Positions 27,161 through 36,486 are shown, numbered from the stretch's first letter. The stretch: DNA of 59,110 nt from a virus (IMGVR_UViG_3300027600_000049:1-59110), one strand, 5' to 3'. Notes: a model not told the origin generated them from the sequence alone. Numbers and translations: made by a program.

Positions 27161-27423
27161 TGGCTAAATTTAGCAACAAGATGATGGGCAAGGAAGTTGG
27201 CGATGCGGCAACGTATGCTGTTCCTCATACTATGAAGGGTAAAGCTGCTCCTATGCAGACAAACCCTGGCAAAGAGCCGAATGGTAGTGCAGCCGCAAAT
27301 GTGAATATGTCTGTTGGCAACATCAATCGCAATGGTTACTCTGCACCTAAGACTGACGGCATCAAAATCCGTGGTACTGGCGCAGCCACCAAGGGCGTGA
27401 TGGCAAGAGGCCCGATGGCATGA
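27160..27423 (+). CDS. small protein ending GIKIRGTGAATKG...
   Basis: ORF track; coupled to neighbours. Confidence 0.7.
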   Translation: MAKFSNKMMGKEVGDAATYAVPHTMKGKAAPMQTNPGKEPNGSAAANVNMSVGNINRNGYSAPKTDGIKIRGTGAATKGVMARGPMA

Positions 27424-28079
27424 CTTACAACGAATTGGTCATTGCTGTTTCTGACTACTGTGAGAACACGTTTCCCACGGTAGACATGAACATAATGATT
27501 AAGCAGGCTGAGCAGCGTATCTATAACACTGTTCAGTTGTCTAACTTGCGCAAGAACGTGACGGGGACAATCACGGCAGGCAATCAATACTTGTCAGCCC
27601 CTGATGATCCAAGTTTTCTCTCTGCTTATTCGTTGGCTGTGATTGACGGAAGCGACTATCTTTATTTGCTAAATAAAGATGTTAACTTCATGCGTGAGGC
27701 GTACCCAAATACGTCAGTGGCGTACCGTGGCAAGCCCAAGCACTATGCTATTTTTGGCCCGCAATCAACGGCTGCAACAGAGTTGTCTTTCATCCTTGGC
27801 CCTACGCCAGATGCAACGTATTCAGTTGAGTTGCACTACTACTACTATCCAGAGTCCATTGTGACTGCTGGAACAACATGGCTGGGCGAACACTTTGATT
27901 CTGCTCTGCTCAATGGCACGTTGGTAGAGGCAATTCGATACATGAAGGGTGAGCCAGATCTGGTCAAGTTTTACCAAGATATGTATTTGCAGTCTATTGC
28001 GCTGCTCAAGAATTTGGGCGATGGCAAACAGCGTATGGATGCTTATCGTGATGGTCAGGTCAGAACGGCAGTCCAATGA
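27420..28079 (+). CDS. head-tail adaptor-like protein
   Basis: MTYNEL...AEQRI...GKPKHYA...GPTPD..Y...LLNGTLVEA. Confidence 0.75.
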   Translation: MTYNELVIAVSDYCENTFPTVDMNIMIKQAEQRIYNTVQLSNLRKNVTGTITAGNQYLSAPDDPSFLSAYSLAVIDGSDYLYLLNKDVNFMREAYPNTSVAYRGKPKHYAIFGPQSTAATELSFILGPTPDATYSVELHYYYYPESIVTAGTTWLGEHFDSALLNGTLVEAIRYMKGEPDLVKFYQDMYLQSIALLKNLGDGKQRMDAYRDGQVRTAVQ

Positions 28080-28504
28080 GCATTGTTCAAACACAAACTA
28101 CCAGCTTCAAAGCTGAGCTTTATCAGGGCATCCATGACTTGACCACGGATGTGATCAAGATTGCCCTGTATACAGCGAATGCTAATTTGAATGAAGGCAC
28201 AACCGTTTACTCCACTAGCAATGAGGCAAGTGGGGGAAACTATGCGCCTGGGGGTTTGCAGTTAACACCGATCACGGTGAGCAGTTCTGGATACACAGCC
28301 TATGTAGGCTTTCCAAATGTGTCATGGACAGGTGTAATCACAGCCCGGTGTGCTTTGATCTACAACTCAAGCGTGAAGGAAGGGTTGAGTGGCAGGTCAA
28401 TAGCCGTGTTGGACTTTGGTTCTGACAAGACATCAGTCACCACGTTCTTAATCACGATGCCAGCCAACACATCAACCACAGCACTGATCAGGAGTTCAAA
28501 TTGA
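28076..28504 (+). CDS. tail/virion protein (TSFK..L...KIALYT...LDFG)
   Basis: Paralogous to 28706-29182. Confidence 0.7.
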   Translation: MSIVQTQTTSFKAELYQGIHDLTTDVIKIALYTANANLNEGTTVYSTSNEASGGNYAPGGLQLTPITVSSSGYTAYVGFPNVSWTGVITARCALIYNSSVKEGLSGRSIAVLDFGSDKTSVTTFLITMPANTSTTALIRSSN

Positions 28505-28695
28505 TAGTCACGACCACCAAGGGCGAAATGGATGATTCTTTGCTTGAGAAGCGGGAAGGAACCGTGGACAATGACAATGAGTTGACCACCTGGGTTGAGT
28601 ATTGGCTGGAGGGCGAACTTGTACATCGTTCTGCCCATGTCCAGTTGAAGAAAATGCCGGTTTTTGCCGGTGCTGAAGCCGCATCATTAGGTTAA
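28501..28695 (+). CDS. small conserved protein (GELVHRSAHV)
   Basis: TTG start overlapping the upstream stop; AGGAG RBS. Confidence 0.7.
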   Translation: MIVTTTKGEMDDSLLEKREGTVDNDNELTTWVEYWLEGELVHRSAHVQLKKMPVFAGAEAASLG

Positions 28696-28705
28696 AGGAA
28701 ACATC

Positions 28706-29182
28706 ATGGCAAACACACAAGCAATGACCACTTCGTTCTTGGGCGAGGTTTTGACAGCAACTCACAACTTTGGCACTGCACCGATCCGTGCAGCCACCAC
28801 TGCTGACACGTTTAAAGCGGCCTTGTATCTTGCGTCAGCAACGATCAATGCTTCTACCACGGCTTATTCGGCCTCTGGTGAAGTGTCTGGTACTGGGTAC
28901 TCTGCTGGTGGCGTGACGGTGACCAATGCAACGGCTCCGCTATCTTCAAACACCTCGACAACCGCAGGCACAGCGTACTGGACGCCTTCGGCTTCGATCA
29001 GCTACACCACGGTGACGTTGACCACGGCGTTTGATGCAGTGTTGATCTATAACTCAACACAGAGTAACAAGGCCGTTAGTGTTCACACCTTTGGTTCGCA
29101 GACGATCACGGCTGGAACCTTCACCTTGACGATGCCTTCCAACACGACTTCGACTGCTCTGTTGCGCTTGGCTACCACCTAA
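28706..29182 (+). CDS. tail/virion protein
   Basis: TSF...FKAALY...GY.AGG...LIYN...FG; paralog of 28076-28504. Confidence 0.75.
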   Translation: MANTQAMTTSFLGEVLTATHNFGTAPIRAATTADTFKAALYLASATINASTTAYSASGEVSGTGYSAGGVTVTNATAPLSSNTSTTAGTAYWTPSASISYTTVTLTTAFDAVLIYNSTQSNKAVSVHTFGSQTITAGTFTLTMPSNTTSTALLRLATT

Positions 29183-29193
29183 AGGGGTAAGCC

Positions 29194-30015
29194 GTGTCTC
29201 TCGGGTGGGGTGATGGCACATGGGGGAGTAACGGATGGGGCGGTACTCTTGACCTCACAGGTAATACCGCCACAGGCGCGGTAGGATCTGCCACACCAAA
29301 CCTTATCATTGCGCTCACGGGGGTATCAGCCTCTGGTGCGGTTGGGACGATGGCTCCCAGCACCTCAGAGGGTGAAGACGGCGATATAGCGAATGGATTT
29401 GTTGGTAATGTAGGGGTAACCCTAGAGGTTGCGCTGACGGGTGTTTCTGCGGCGGGATCAGTTGGTAACGTTACCAGCGGTCAAGATGCAGCAATTACCA
29501 GCGTATTGGCATCTGGTGCAGTTGGGTCTATCACGACATCAAGATTGGTGGCGCTGACGGGCGTTGAAGCATCTGGAGCTACTGGTAACGTTACCGGTGA
29601 CAAGAGCAGTGCTTTGACGGGTGTTGAGGCGTCTGGGGCCGTAGGAACGGTTGTTCAGAGCGCAGCGGTCAGTTTGACGGGTAATCTAGCAACAGGATCC
29701 CCAGGCGGAGTAATTGTCCCTCTGCCATCGTTGCAGGCAGATGGTTCCGTGGGAACGGTTGTCAGTGGAATATCCATTGCTTTGTCTGGAGTGTTGGCAT
29801 CAGGATCCGTTGGAACGGTGTCAGTGGCTGCAAGGTCACTGGCTTTGACAGGCGTAAGCGCAGCAGGTGCGGTTGGTGATGTTATTGCGGTTTATTGGAA
29901 ACCTATAGATGACACGCAGGTCGCATCGTGGCAAAATATCAGCAACCCGCAGACTCCTAATTGGTCAAATGTTTCAGACGAACAGACCGCCAATTGGGAA
30001 GAAGTCGTAACTTGA
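29194..30015 (+). CDS. repetitive beta-rich tail-associated protein
   Basis: Tandem LTGVxAxGAVGxV repeats; WGxGxW N-terminus. Confidence 0.75.
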   Translation: MSLGWGDGTWGSNGWGGTLDLTGNTATGAVGSATPNLIIALTGVSASGAVGTMAPSTSEGEDGDIANGFVGNVGVTLEVALTGVSAAGSVGNVTSGQDAAITSVLASGAVGSITTSRLVALTGVEASGATGNVTGDKSSALTGVEASGAVGTVVQSAAVSLTGNLATGSPGGVIVPLPSLQADGSVGTVVSGISIALSGVLASGSVGTVSVAARSLALTGVSAAGAVGDVIAVYWKPIDDTQVASWQNISNPQTPNWSNVSDEQTANWEEVVT

Positions 30016-30023
30016 AAGTGAAA

Positions 30024-30818
30024 ATGCTGGTTTATAAGATCACGAATAACGTAAACGGCCACGGCTACATTGGGATCACTCAATGTGCCTTGGCAAAGCG
30101 TTGGCGTGAACACTTGTGTGCGGCACGAACGGGAAGCGGTAAACGCCTGTACAGGGCCATGCGTAAATATGGCACAGACAACTTCAGCATTGCCGTGTTG
30201 TATGAGGCAAAATCATTTGAAGAGCTTCAAAGGGTTGAGTGTCAACTTATCATTGAACACAACACTCACGCCAAGAATGGCGAGGGGTATAACTTGACGG
30301 CTGGCGGTGAAGGCAAAGACCGCATGGATCAGTTGTTTGGCGAAGCCATTCCAAGCTCACTGCTTACCGAAGAGATTGTGGCATTTGCCAGGGATCCGCA
30401 ACACTGGAACATTTCCAATGCAGATGTGTTGGGCATGATTGCCAAGAAATTTGATCTTGATTGTGCAATTGATACAGTCAAGGATGCCCGTAACGGCAGT
30501 TCATGGACTCATTTAAACGCAAAATACCCGCCAATTAAGCGTGGGCGTGGTGTGCGGCATGATGTAGTCTCTGAAGAAGTGCAATCGGCAAGAAAAGAAA
30601 CACTTGCAAAACACCGTTCTGAAGCTGTTGCGGCATCAGCAAAAACACGTACAGGAAAACGTAGCTGCACCGCTAAGTTGTCTGAGCAGGCGGTATGCGA
30701 TATATTCTTCCATAATGAATCATTGAACAAAACTGCGGCTAAATTTGGCATCAGTAAAAAAATGGTTGTTTTAATTAAACAACGTAAAGCGCATACATAT
30801 TTGACTCAAGGACTTTGA
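30024..30818 (+). CDS. free-standing GIY-YIG homing endonuclease
   Basis: VYKITN..NG..YIGIT...RW.EH...GYNLT.GGEG; C-terminal HTH repeats. Confidence 0.88.
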   Translation: MLVYKITNNVNGHGYIGITQCALAKRWREHLCAARTGSGKRLYRAMRKYGTDNFSIAVLYEAKSFEELQRVECQLIIEHNTHAKNGEGYNLTAGGEGKDRMDQLFGEAIPSSLLTEEIVAFARDPQHWNISNADVLGMIAKKFDLDCAIDTVKDARNGSSWTHLNAKYPPIKRGRGVRHDVVSEEVQSARKETLAKHRSEAVAASAKTRTGKRSCTAKLSEQAVCDIFFHNESLNKTAAKFGISKKMVVLIKQRKAHTYLTQGL

Positions 30819-30819
30819 A

Positions 30820-33177
30820 ATGACCACAGCATATACATCTCTTTTGGGTTTGGCGTTGCCAGTTACGGGCGAATTATCAGGCACGTGGGGTGACACTGTA
30901 AACAATAGTATTACATCCCTATTGGACTCTGCAATTTCCGGTACAACCACTCTTTCGGCAGACTCAGATGTAACGTTGACCACCACTCAAGGATCGTCTA
31001 ATACGGCACGAGAAGCTATTCTTTTGTGGACGGCAGGCGGTTCTGCTACGCGCACTATCACTGCACCGGCACAGTCAAAGATCTATACGGTCATCAATGC
31101 AAGCTCGGGCACACAATCTATTATTCTTGCGGGCGTAGGCCCAACTACAGGCGTAACGATTGCAAAGGGTGAATCAGCCCTGTGCGCTTGGAACGGATCA
31201 GACTTTATCAAGATCAGTAACACTGCTGGCCCAGGCACGTTCACCGATTTGACCGTTACTGGTAACACTACCCTTGGTAACGCTGTTTCAGACACCATCA
31301 CCGTAAATAGCCAATTTGTAACTGGCACGGTACTTAGATCTGCCCAAGCGCTTACCAACACTTTGGCTCTTGCCGCCTACGATGTGGATGGAGCAGCATA
31401 TACCAATCTAATCACTCTTACGGCAGCCAATGCGCCGACTTTGGCTCTTACATCTACGGGTGTGGGAACAATTAACAATATGTCGATTGGTGCCACCACA
31501 GCTTCTACGGGTGCGTTTACTACCTTAACAAGCAATGGAGCAACAACTTTCACCGCAGGTACTGCTTCAACTACTACCGGGACAGGAACACTTGTAATCA
31601 CAGGTGGTTTAGGGGTAAGCGGAAGAATTAACGCAGCCAACTTTGATGGAATTATTGGTGCTAATACTGCGGCTGCTGGGGCGTTTACTACCGTTCAAAT
31701 CGGAACAAATCCTGCTGGTGTTTCAATTGGTGTTTTAGGTATACCAAATCAAAAGCGTGTTTATGGGCGTAATGCGGCAAATAGTGCTGATGTAAACATA
31801 CTGTATGTTGATGGCAGCAATGGTCTTGTTTTTGGCCCTTCTGACTCCGCCGTGATCAACTCCAGCGGTAATGTGGGCGTGGGGACAACTTTAAGCACAA
31901 GCGATGGAACATTAACATTTCAACAAATAGGCCAAACTGCTATTTTTGCTGGTCAACCATCTGCTGAAGCAATGTGGATAGGCAGTAACTATTATTACGA
32001 TGGTGGATGGAAATATAAAACAGCCAATTTTGCATCACAGTTTTATACATCTGGCGGGGCTTTTTATTGGAAAAACATTACATCTGGTTCGGCAAATGCT
32101 GGAATTACTTGGAATAGTCCAATGACCCTTGATGCCAGCGGTAACTTGGGTATTGGGACTACAAGTCCTAGTTCTAGACTTCATGTCAAAGGAGCGGATG
32201 TAAAACTGAATTTTGAAACAGACACTGGCGCTACAGCTTATATTCAGCAACTATCTGCGTCCCCATACGATGTCAGCTTTTTCAATCAAAACGCTGGTTC
32301 ATTGATATTTGGAACCAACAATACCGGTGTCGGCAGGTTTGATGCCAGCGGTAACTTGCTAGTGGGAATTACAACTAACGCATCAGCAGGCAAACTTACG
32401 GTTCAAGGTGGCGCAACTGACCCATTTTCTGGGACTGGATATAGGTTGGCAAGTTTCCATTCAACTTCTGCCGCAAACGCTGACCAGCCGGGAATTGTTC
32501 TTGGCTTTGATACCGCAGGAGCGGGAATTGTTGCCGCCAGAACAAACGCAACTGGGCAACCAATTGCTTTTTGGACATACAACGGGTCTGCTTGGGGTGA
32601 GCGTGCCCGTATCGACTCCAGCGGTAACTTGCTGGTGGGGGTTACTAGCGGAACATCTTATAAGCTGAATTTAAAAACAAGTTCTGCATCACAAAGCGCA
32701 ATTGGTACGGCGGGAACATCTGGCGATACGGCATTTCAAGCAATTCTCATAACCAAGTTTGATAACGATTCAACTACATCGCAAAACTTTATTCAATTTC
32801 AAATTAACAATGGTGGGGCAAACTGCGGCAAAATTACAGCCAACGGCGCAAACACGGCGGCATTTGGTTCAACATCTGACCAACGGGTAAAAGAAAACAT
32901 TGTTGAGTTGCCTTCACAGCTTGACAACATTATGGCCTTGCGCCCTGTTGAGTTTGATTACCTTGAGTCTTACGGCGGTGGGCATCAAATTGGTTTTATT
33001 GCACAAGAAATTCAACAGGTCTACCCAGATGTAATTTCTACAGATGATTCGTCTGAAAAAATCATGTCTATTACTGGATGGAGCAAAACAGAGGCCCGTC
33101 TGGTAAAAGCCATCCAAGAGCAACAAGCCCTCATCACCCAACTCACCGCCCGTATAACTGCTTTAGAAGGAGCATAA
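30820..33177 (+). CDS. tail fibre with a C-terminal intramolecular chaperone (peptidase S74-like)
   Basis: GTWG..N anchor; repeated (D/N)xSGN(L/V)xxG modules; SDQRVKENI...GFIAQE...LVKAIQEQQ. Confidence 0.9.
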   Translation: MTTAYTSLLGLALPVTGELSGTWGDTVNNSITSLLDSAISGTTTLSADSDVTLTTTQGSSNTAREAILLWTAGGSATRTITAPAQSKIYTVINASSGTQSIILAGVGPTTGVTIAKGESALCAWNGSDFIKISNTAGPGTFTDLTVTGNTTLGNAVSDTITVNSQFVTGTVLRSAQALTNTLALAAYDVDGAAYTNLITLTAANAPTLALTSTGVGTINNMSIGATTASTGAFTTLTSNGATTFTAGTASTTTGTGTLVITGGLGVSGRINAANFDGIIGANTAAAGAFTTVQIGTNPAGVSIGVLGIPNQKRVYGRNAANSADVNILYVDGSNGLVFGPSDSAVINSSGNVGVGTTLSTSDGTLTFQQIGQTAIFAGQPSAEAMWIGSNYYYDGGWKYKTANFASQFYTSGGAFYWKNITSGSANAGITWNSPMTLDASGNLGIGTTSPSSRLHVKGADVKLNFETDTGATAYIQQLSASPYDVSFFNQNAGSLIFGTNNTGVGRFDASGNLLVGITTNASAGKLTVQGGATDPFSGTGYRLASFHSTSAANADQPGIVLGFDTAGAGIVAARTNATGQPIAFWTYNGSAWGERARIDSSGNLLVGVTSGTSYKLNLKTSSASQSAIGTAGTSGDTAFQAILITKFDNDSTTSQNFIQFQINNGGANCGKITANGANTAAFGSTSDQRVKENIVELPSQLDNIMALRPVEFDYLESYGGGHQIGFIAQEIQQVYPDVISTDDSSEKIMSITGWSKTEARLVKAIQEQQALITQLTARITALEGA

Positions 33178-33180
33178 ACC

Positions 33181-33474
33181 ATGACTATCGTTTGGAACAT
33201 CAGTCAAACCAACTACGAAACCGCAAATGGTTTCATCACCACAGCCCACTGGCAAGCAAATGCAACAGATGGGGATTACTCTGCATCTGTGTACAGCACT
33301 TGTTCATGGCAACCCGGCACACCCACCATCCCCTATGACAGCGTGACCATGCAAGAAGTTTTGGATTGGTGCTGGGCAGGTGGTGTGGACAAGGATGCCA
33401 CGGAAGCCTCCCTGCTGGCTCAGATTGAGTTGCAAAAGAACCCTGTGACCGCCACTGGAGTGCCTTGGGCATAA
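33181..33474 (+). CDS. tail-fibre-associated small protein
   Basis: Follows the fibre gene; IPYDSVT..EVLDW...GVPW. Confidence 0.7.
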   Translation: MTIVWNISQTNYETANGFITTAHWQANATDGDYSASVYSTCSWQPGTPTIPYDSVTMQEVLDWCWAGGVDKDATEASLLAQIELQKNPVTATGVPWA

Positions 33475-33481
33475 AGGATAA

Positions 33482-33507
33482 GGGCAACCCGCTGGCCCAA
33501 ACAGCGG
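33482..33507 (+). promoter_or_regulatory. H-type RNA pseudoknot upstream of an RBS
   Basis: GGGC/GCCC and CCGCTG/CAGCGG interleaved. Confidence 0.6.
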
Positions 33508-33525
33508 CTTTTTATGGAGAAACGC

Positions 33526-33702
33526 ATGAACGACAAGAAAATTGAATTGACATTGGGCCTTGTGAACGCCGTCATGCAGTATTTGGGTACACGCCCCTAT
33601 GCTGAAGTGGCTGACATGATCCAGGCTATTCGTGAGCAAGCCATCCCCCAGGTTCCAATGCCTGAAGAGGCCAAGCCTGCGGAGCAGCCATTGATCCAGT
33701 AA
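33526..33702 (+). CDS. small protein (LGTRPYAEV motif)
   Basis: GGAG RBS; ORF track. Confidence 0.75.
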   Translation: MNDKKIELTLGLVNAVMQYLGTRPYAEVADMIQAIREQAIPQVPMPEEAKPAEQPLIQ

Positions 33703-34259
33703 CAGCATTTGCCCTGTGTAAAGGGGCATATGAAGGCATAAAGGGCTGCATCAGCGTTTACCAAGACCTGAAGAAAACCGGGTCTGATCTAACAAAGATC
33801 ACAGGTGAGGTTGGTACAGCCCTTTCAAGTTTTTTCAAGGGCCACGCAGAGTTAGAAACCAGCCATGAGAAGGCTGAGTACCAGCGTGAAGAGAATCTGA
33901 AAAAGGGAATAAAAGACGACCTTGCCACACAAGCCATAGACAATGTGATGTATCTGCGGCAGACCAAGCAGTTTTACGCCGATCTTGAGAAAATGGTGCG
34001 CTGGGAGATGGGACAACCCGATCTCTGGCGGGAAATCGTTGAAGAGTATCAACGGCTGTTGGATCAAAAATCGGAGCAAGCGGCACGGGAGTTGCACGAA
34101 AAGCGGGTGAAAGCATGGCGGCGACAAAAGTTAAAAAATCAGATTCTGGACAGGGTGCTGGAAACGGTGCTGGTGGTTTTCGTAGTCGCTTACCTGATAT
34201 GCCTAATGTGGATAATCAGTCTTCATCATCGGGGTCGATTGGATACCTTCTGGTCTTGA
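33690..34259 (+). CDS. coiled-coil protein with C-terminal TM helix, probable ATT start
   Basis: Open frame from ATT-GAT-CCA (IDPVTAFAL...) with GGAG 5 nt upstream; in-frame stop at 33663. Confidence 0.7.
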   Translation: MDPVTAFALCKGAYEGIKGCISVYQDLKKTGSDLTKITGEVGTALSSFFKGHAELETSHEKAEYQREENLKKGIKDDLATQAIDNVMYLRQTKQFYADLEKMVRWEMGQPDLWREIVEEYQRLLDQKSEQAARELHEKRVKAWRRQKLKNQILDRVLETVLVVFVVAYLICLMWIISLHHRGRLDTFWS

Positions 34260-34411
34260 TCCTGTTCGCACTGGTCTTTGTGTTGATGATTCCCTTGGTT
34301 GGGATGCTGTATGTGGACACGATGGTAGTGAAGCGAGAGGCCAAGGCCCAGATGGAAAAAGTTGAAAAGCTGCGTAAGCAGGTTGAAGAGGAAAAGAAAA
34401 AAGATGATTGA
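34115..34411 (+). CDS. membrane protein (one TM helix + coiled coil)
   Basis: ORF track; start uncertain; overlaps the previous gene. Confidence 0.6.
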   Translation: MAATKVKKSDSGQGAGNGAGGFRSRLPDMPNVDNQSSSSGSIGYLLVLILFALVFVLMIPLVGMLYVDTMVVKREAKAQMEKVEKLRKQVEEEKKKDD

Positions 34412-34859
34412 CCTTACCAAAGCCATTGGAGCAGTTGCCGCAAGCGTTGCCGCACTGGGTGGCAGTTATACACTGGCTGACAAGTTTGGCTGGTTTGACC
34501 GTGCAATCATTGAGTGGTCGCCTGAAAACTTCAAGATCGTGGCAGAAGCTGGACAGCCCATCAATGTCACCGTTGCAAGAATAAAGAAACGGGATGACTG
34601 CTCTGTTGAGAGTTTTACCCCAAGCATTCGGGACGCAAATGGTATGGTGCATGAAGCAACCACCACAGCAAGCAGATTCAGCGGCCCCGCAGGGCCAGAG
34701 ATTGATACGTTTACATATCAACTCACGATGGTGAGAAAAGAGAAGATTGCTGAAGGCAAGGCAACTTTACTGGCAACCATCATATACAAATGCCCCGAGG
34801 GGCAACGTGTTGTGCAGTATCCACGCCACCCCAACTTAAGTTTTGAACTGAAAGGTTAA
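34404..34859 (+). CDS. N-anchored membrane protein in the lysis region
   Basis: Hydrophobic N-terminus MIDLTKAIGAVAASVAALGG. Confidence 0.65.
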   Translation: MIDLTKAIGAVAASVAALGGSYTLADKFGWFDRAIIEWSPENFKIVAEAGQPINVTVARIKKRDDCSVESFTPSIRDANGMVHEATTTASRFSGPAGPEIDTFTYQLTMVRKEKIAEGKATLLATIIYKCPEGQRVVQYPRHPNLSFELKG

Positions 34860-34861
34860 TC

Positions 34862-35365
34862 ATGCTCACCCTGTTCTCATCCCTCATCAGCTTCCTCATG
34901 GGTGGCTTGCCCAAAATCCTTGAGTTCTTCCAAGACCGGGCAGACAAAAAACATGAGCTTGCTTTGGCGGCAATGCAGACCGAGCGGGAACTGACCCTGA
35001 AAAAAGCTGGCCTGGAAGCGCAGGAGCGCATTGAACACATCCAGACTGAGCAAATTCAGATTAACGCCGAGGTCACCAATGCCCAGACTGCTATGCAGGA
35101 GCGACAAGCCCTGTACGCACACGATATTGCCTTGGGCCAAGGAGCCAGCACTTGGGTCATCAACATGAGAGCCGCCACCCGTAGCGTCATCACCTACGGC
35201 ATGTTTGCCATGTTTATGTTTGTTGAAATCTTTGGCTTCTACTACGCATGGCATACAAACGTGGAATTTACCGTGGCGCTGGACAACCTGTGGGACGATG
35301 AGACTCAGATCATCTGGGCTTGTATCGTGTCGTTCTGGTTTGGCGGTCAGGCGTTCAAGAAATGA
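34862..35365 (+). CDS. holin-like membrane protein
   Basis: DKKHEL coiled coil, TM helices, SFWFG motif; directly upstream of the endolysin. Confidence 0.7.
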   Translation: MLTLFSSLISFLMGGLPKILEFFQDRADKKHELALAAMQTERELTLKKAGLEAQERIEHIQTEQIQINAEVTNAQTAMQERQALYAHDIALGQGASTWVINMRAATRSVITYGMFAMFMFVEIFGFYYAWHTNVEFTVALDNLWDDETQIIWACIVSFWFGGQAFKK

Positions 35366-35838
35366 ATCTCAGCCCAGAGGCCATCAAGGTCATCTGCCAC
35401 CATGAGGGCATTCGGTACAAGCCGTATCGGTGCCCAGCCCTGCTTTGGACAATAGGAGTTGGACATGTACTTTACCCAGACCAAGCTAAGATACCAATGG
35501 ATCAAAGAGGCGCTTATCAGCTTCGGCCAGAAGATAGCCGCACGTTTTCAAAGGACGAAGTAGATGGGATTCTCAGAAGCGATCTTGCAAGGTTTGAGCG
35601 TGGAGTGGCTCAGTTCTGTCCCGTTCCCCTTACACAAGGTATGTATGATAGCCTTGTTAGCTTTAGTTTCAATGTCGGTCTTGGAACACTCCAGCGTTCA
35701 ACGCTTCGTCAAAAGCTGCTTCGGGGCGATAAAGCGGGTGCTGCGGAAGAACTCCTCAAATACTGTTTAGCTGGGGGCAAAATTTTAAAGGGTTTGCAGA
35801 ATCGGAGGATTGATGAACGAGCTATGTTTTTATCGTAG
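35362..35838 (+). CDS. endolysin, GH24 lysozyme
   Basis: HEG...Y.C....WTIGVGH...DSLVSFSFNVG...GLQNRR..E. Confidence 0.93.
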   Translation: MNLSPEAIKVICHHEGIRYKPYRCPALLWTIGVGHVLYPDQAKIPMDQRGAYQLRPEDSRTFSKDEVDGILRSDLARFERGVAQFCPVPLTQGMYDSLVSFSFNVGLGTLQRSTLRQKLLRGDKAGAAEELLKYCLAGGKILKGLQNRRIDERAMFLS

Positions 35839-36379
35839 GCTTATTCCACTTTTCTTCCGGCCAGTTGGCGTTGATGCGGTATTTCAGCGTCATCCAATTA
35901 ACCCCAAGATGTCTGGCAAGCGTGGCAATAATAAATGGTTTGCCTTGGTAAGTAATGTGCACATTGCTAGATATGTTTGCCTGTTGCTCATGCCGTGTCG
36001 CCCATCTACAATTGAGCTTAAAGTACCCCTTAGAGTTGTCAATACGATCAAGGCTGGTGTTGTTTGGCTTTTCACCCATATCGGCAAGGAACGCTTCAAA
36101 TGTTTGCCATTCGCTTGATACCGTTATCCCCCTTCCTCCATACTGAGCATATGATGCGTGCTGGGGGTTTTCGCATCTTTGGCGCATTGCAACCCATGTG
36201 GAATACGTTTTTGTTGGGGTTGCATTTTTTGCGTGACCGTGTTTGGTGTGTTGTGTCGCCGTCCCGCACGACTTTGAACAAAACTTCCCACGGCCCTCTG
36301 CAACCCTGTTTTCAGATGTTTCAAACGGTGTTCCGCATCGTTGACATTGTGTTTGAATGCGCTTATAAATGGGCTTCAT
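35822..36379 (-). CDS. HNH homing endonuclease
   Basis: W..M.QRC...YGGRGI...F.ADMG...SLDRIDN..GY...NCRWAT; N-terminal CxxC...FCS..C; GGAG RBS. Confidence 0.9.
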   Translation of the reverse strand: MKPIYKRIQTQCQRCGTPFETSENRVAEGRGKFCSKSCGTATQHTKHGHAKNATPTKTYSTWVAMRQRCENPQHASYAQYGGRGITVSSEWQTFEAFLADMGEKPNNTSLDRIDNSKGYFKLNCRWATRHEQQANISSNVHITYQGKPFIIATLARHLGVNWMTLKYRINANWPEEKWNKPTIKT

Positions 36380-36414
36380 ATTTGTCTCCAAAGATGCCTT
36401 ATTGTAATGCAAAT

Positions 36415-36486
36415 ATGGCTGGTGGGAAAATACTCAAAGGGCTGCAAAATCGGCGTATCGATGAACGAGCCATGTTCTTGTCATAG
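36415..36486 (+). pseudogene. orphan duplicate of the endolysin 3' end
   Basis: Encodes AGGKILKGLQNRRIDERAMFLS*, identical to 35770-35838 but with different codons. Confidence 0.85.

Noticed and set aside
35822-36414. Group I intron in the endolysin
   Set aside because: The endolysin ORF is complete without splicing, the HNH gene is antisense, and there is no room for a ribozyme core
35770-36486. Diversity-generating retroelement TR/VR pair
   Set aside because: Differences are synonymous and not adenine-specific; no reverse transcriptase in the window
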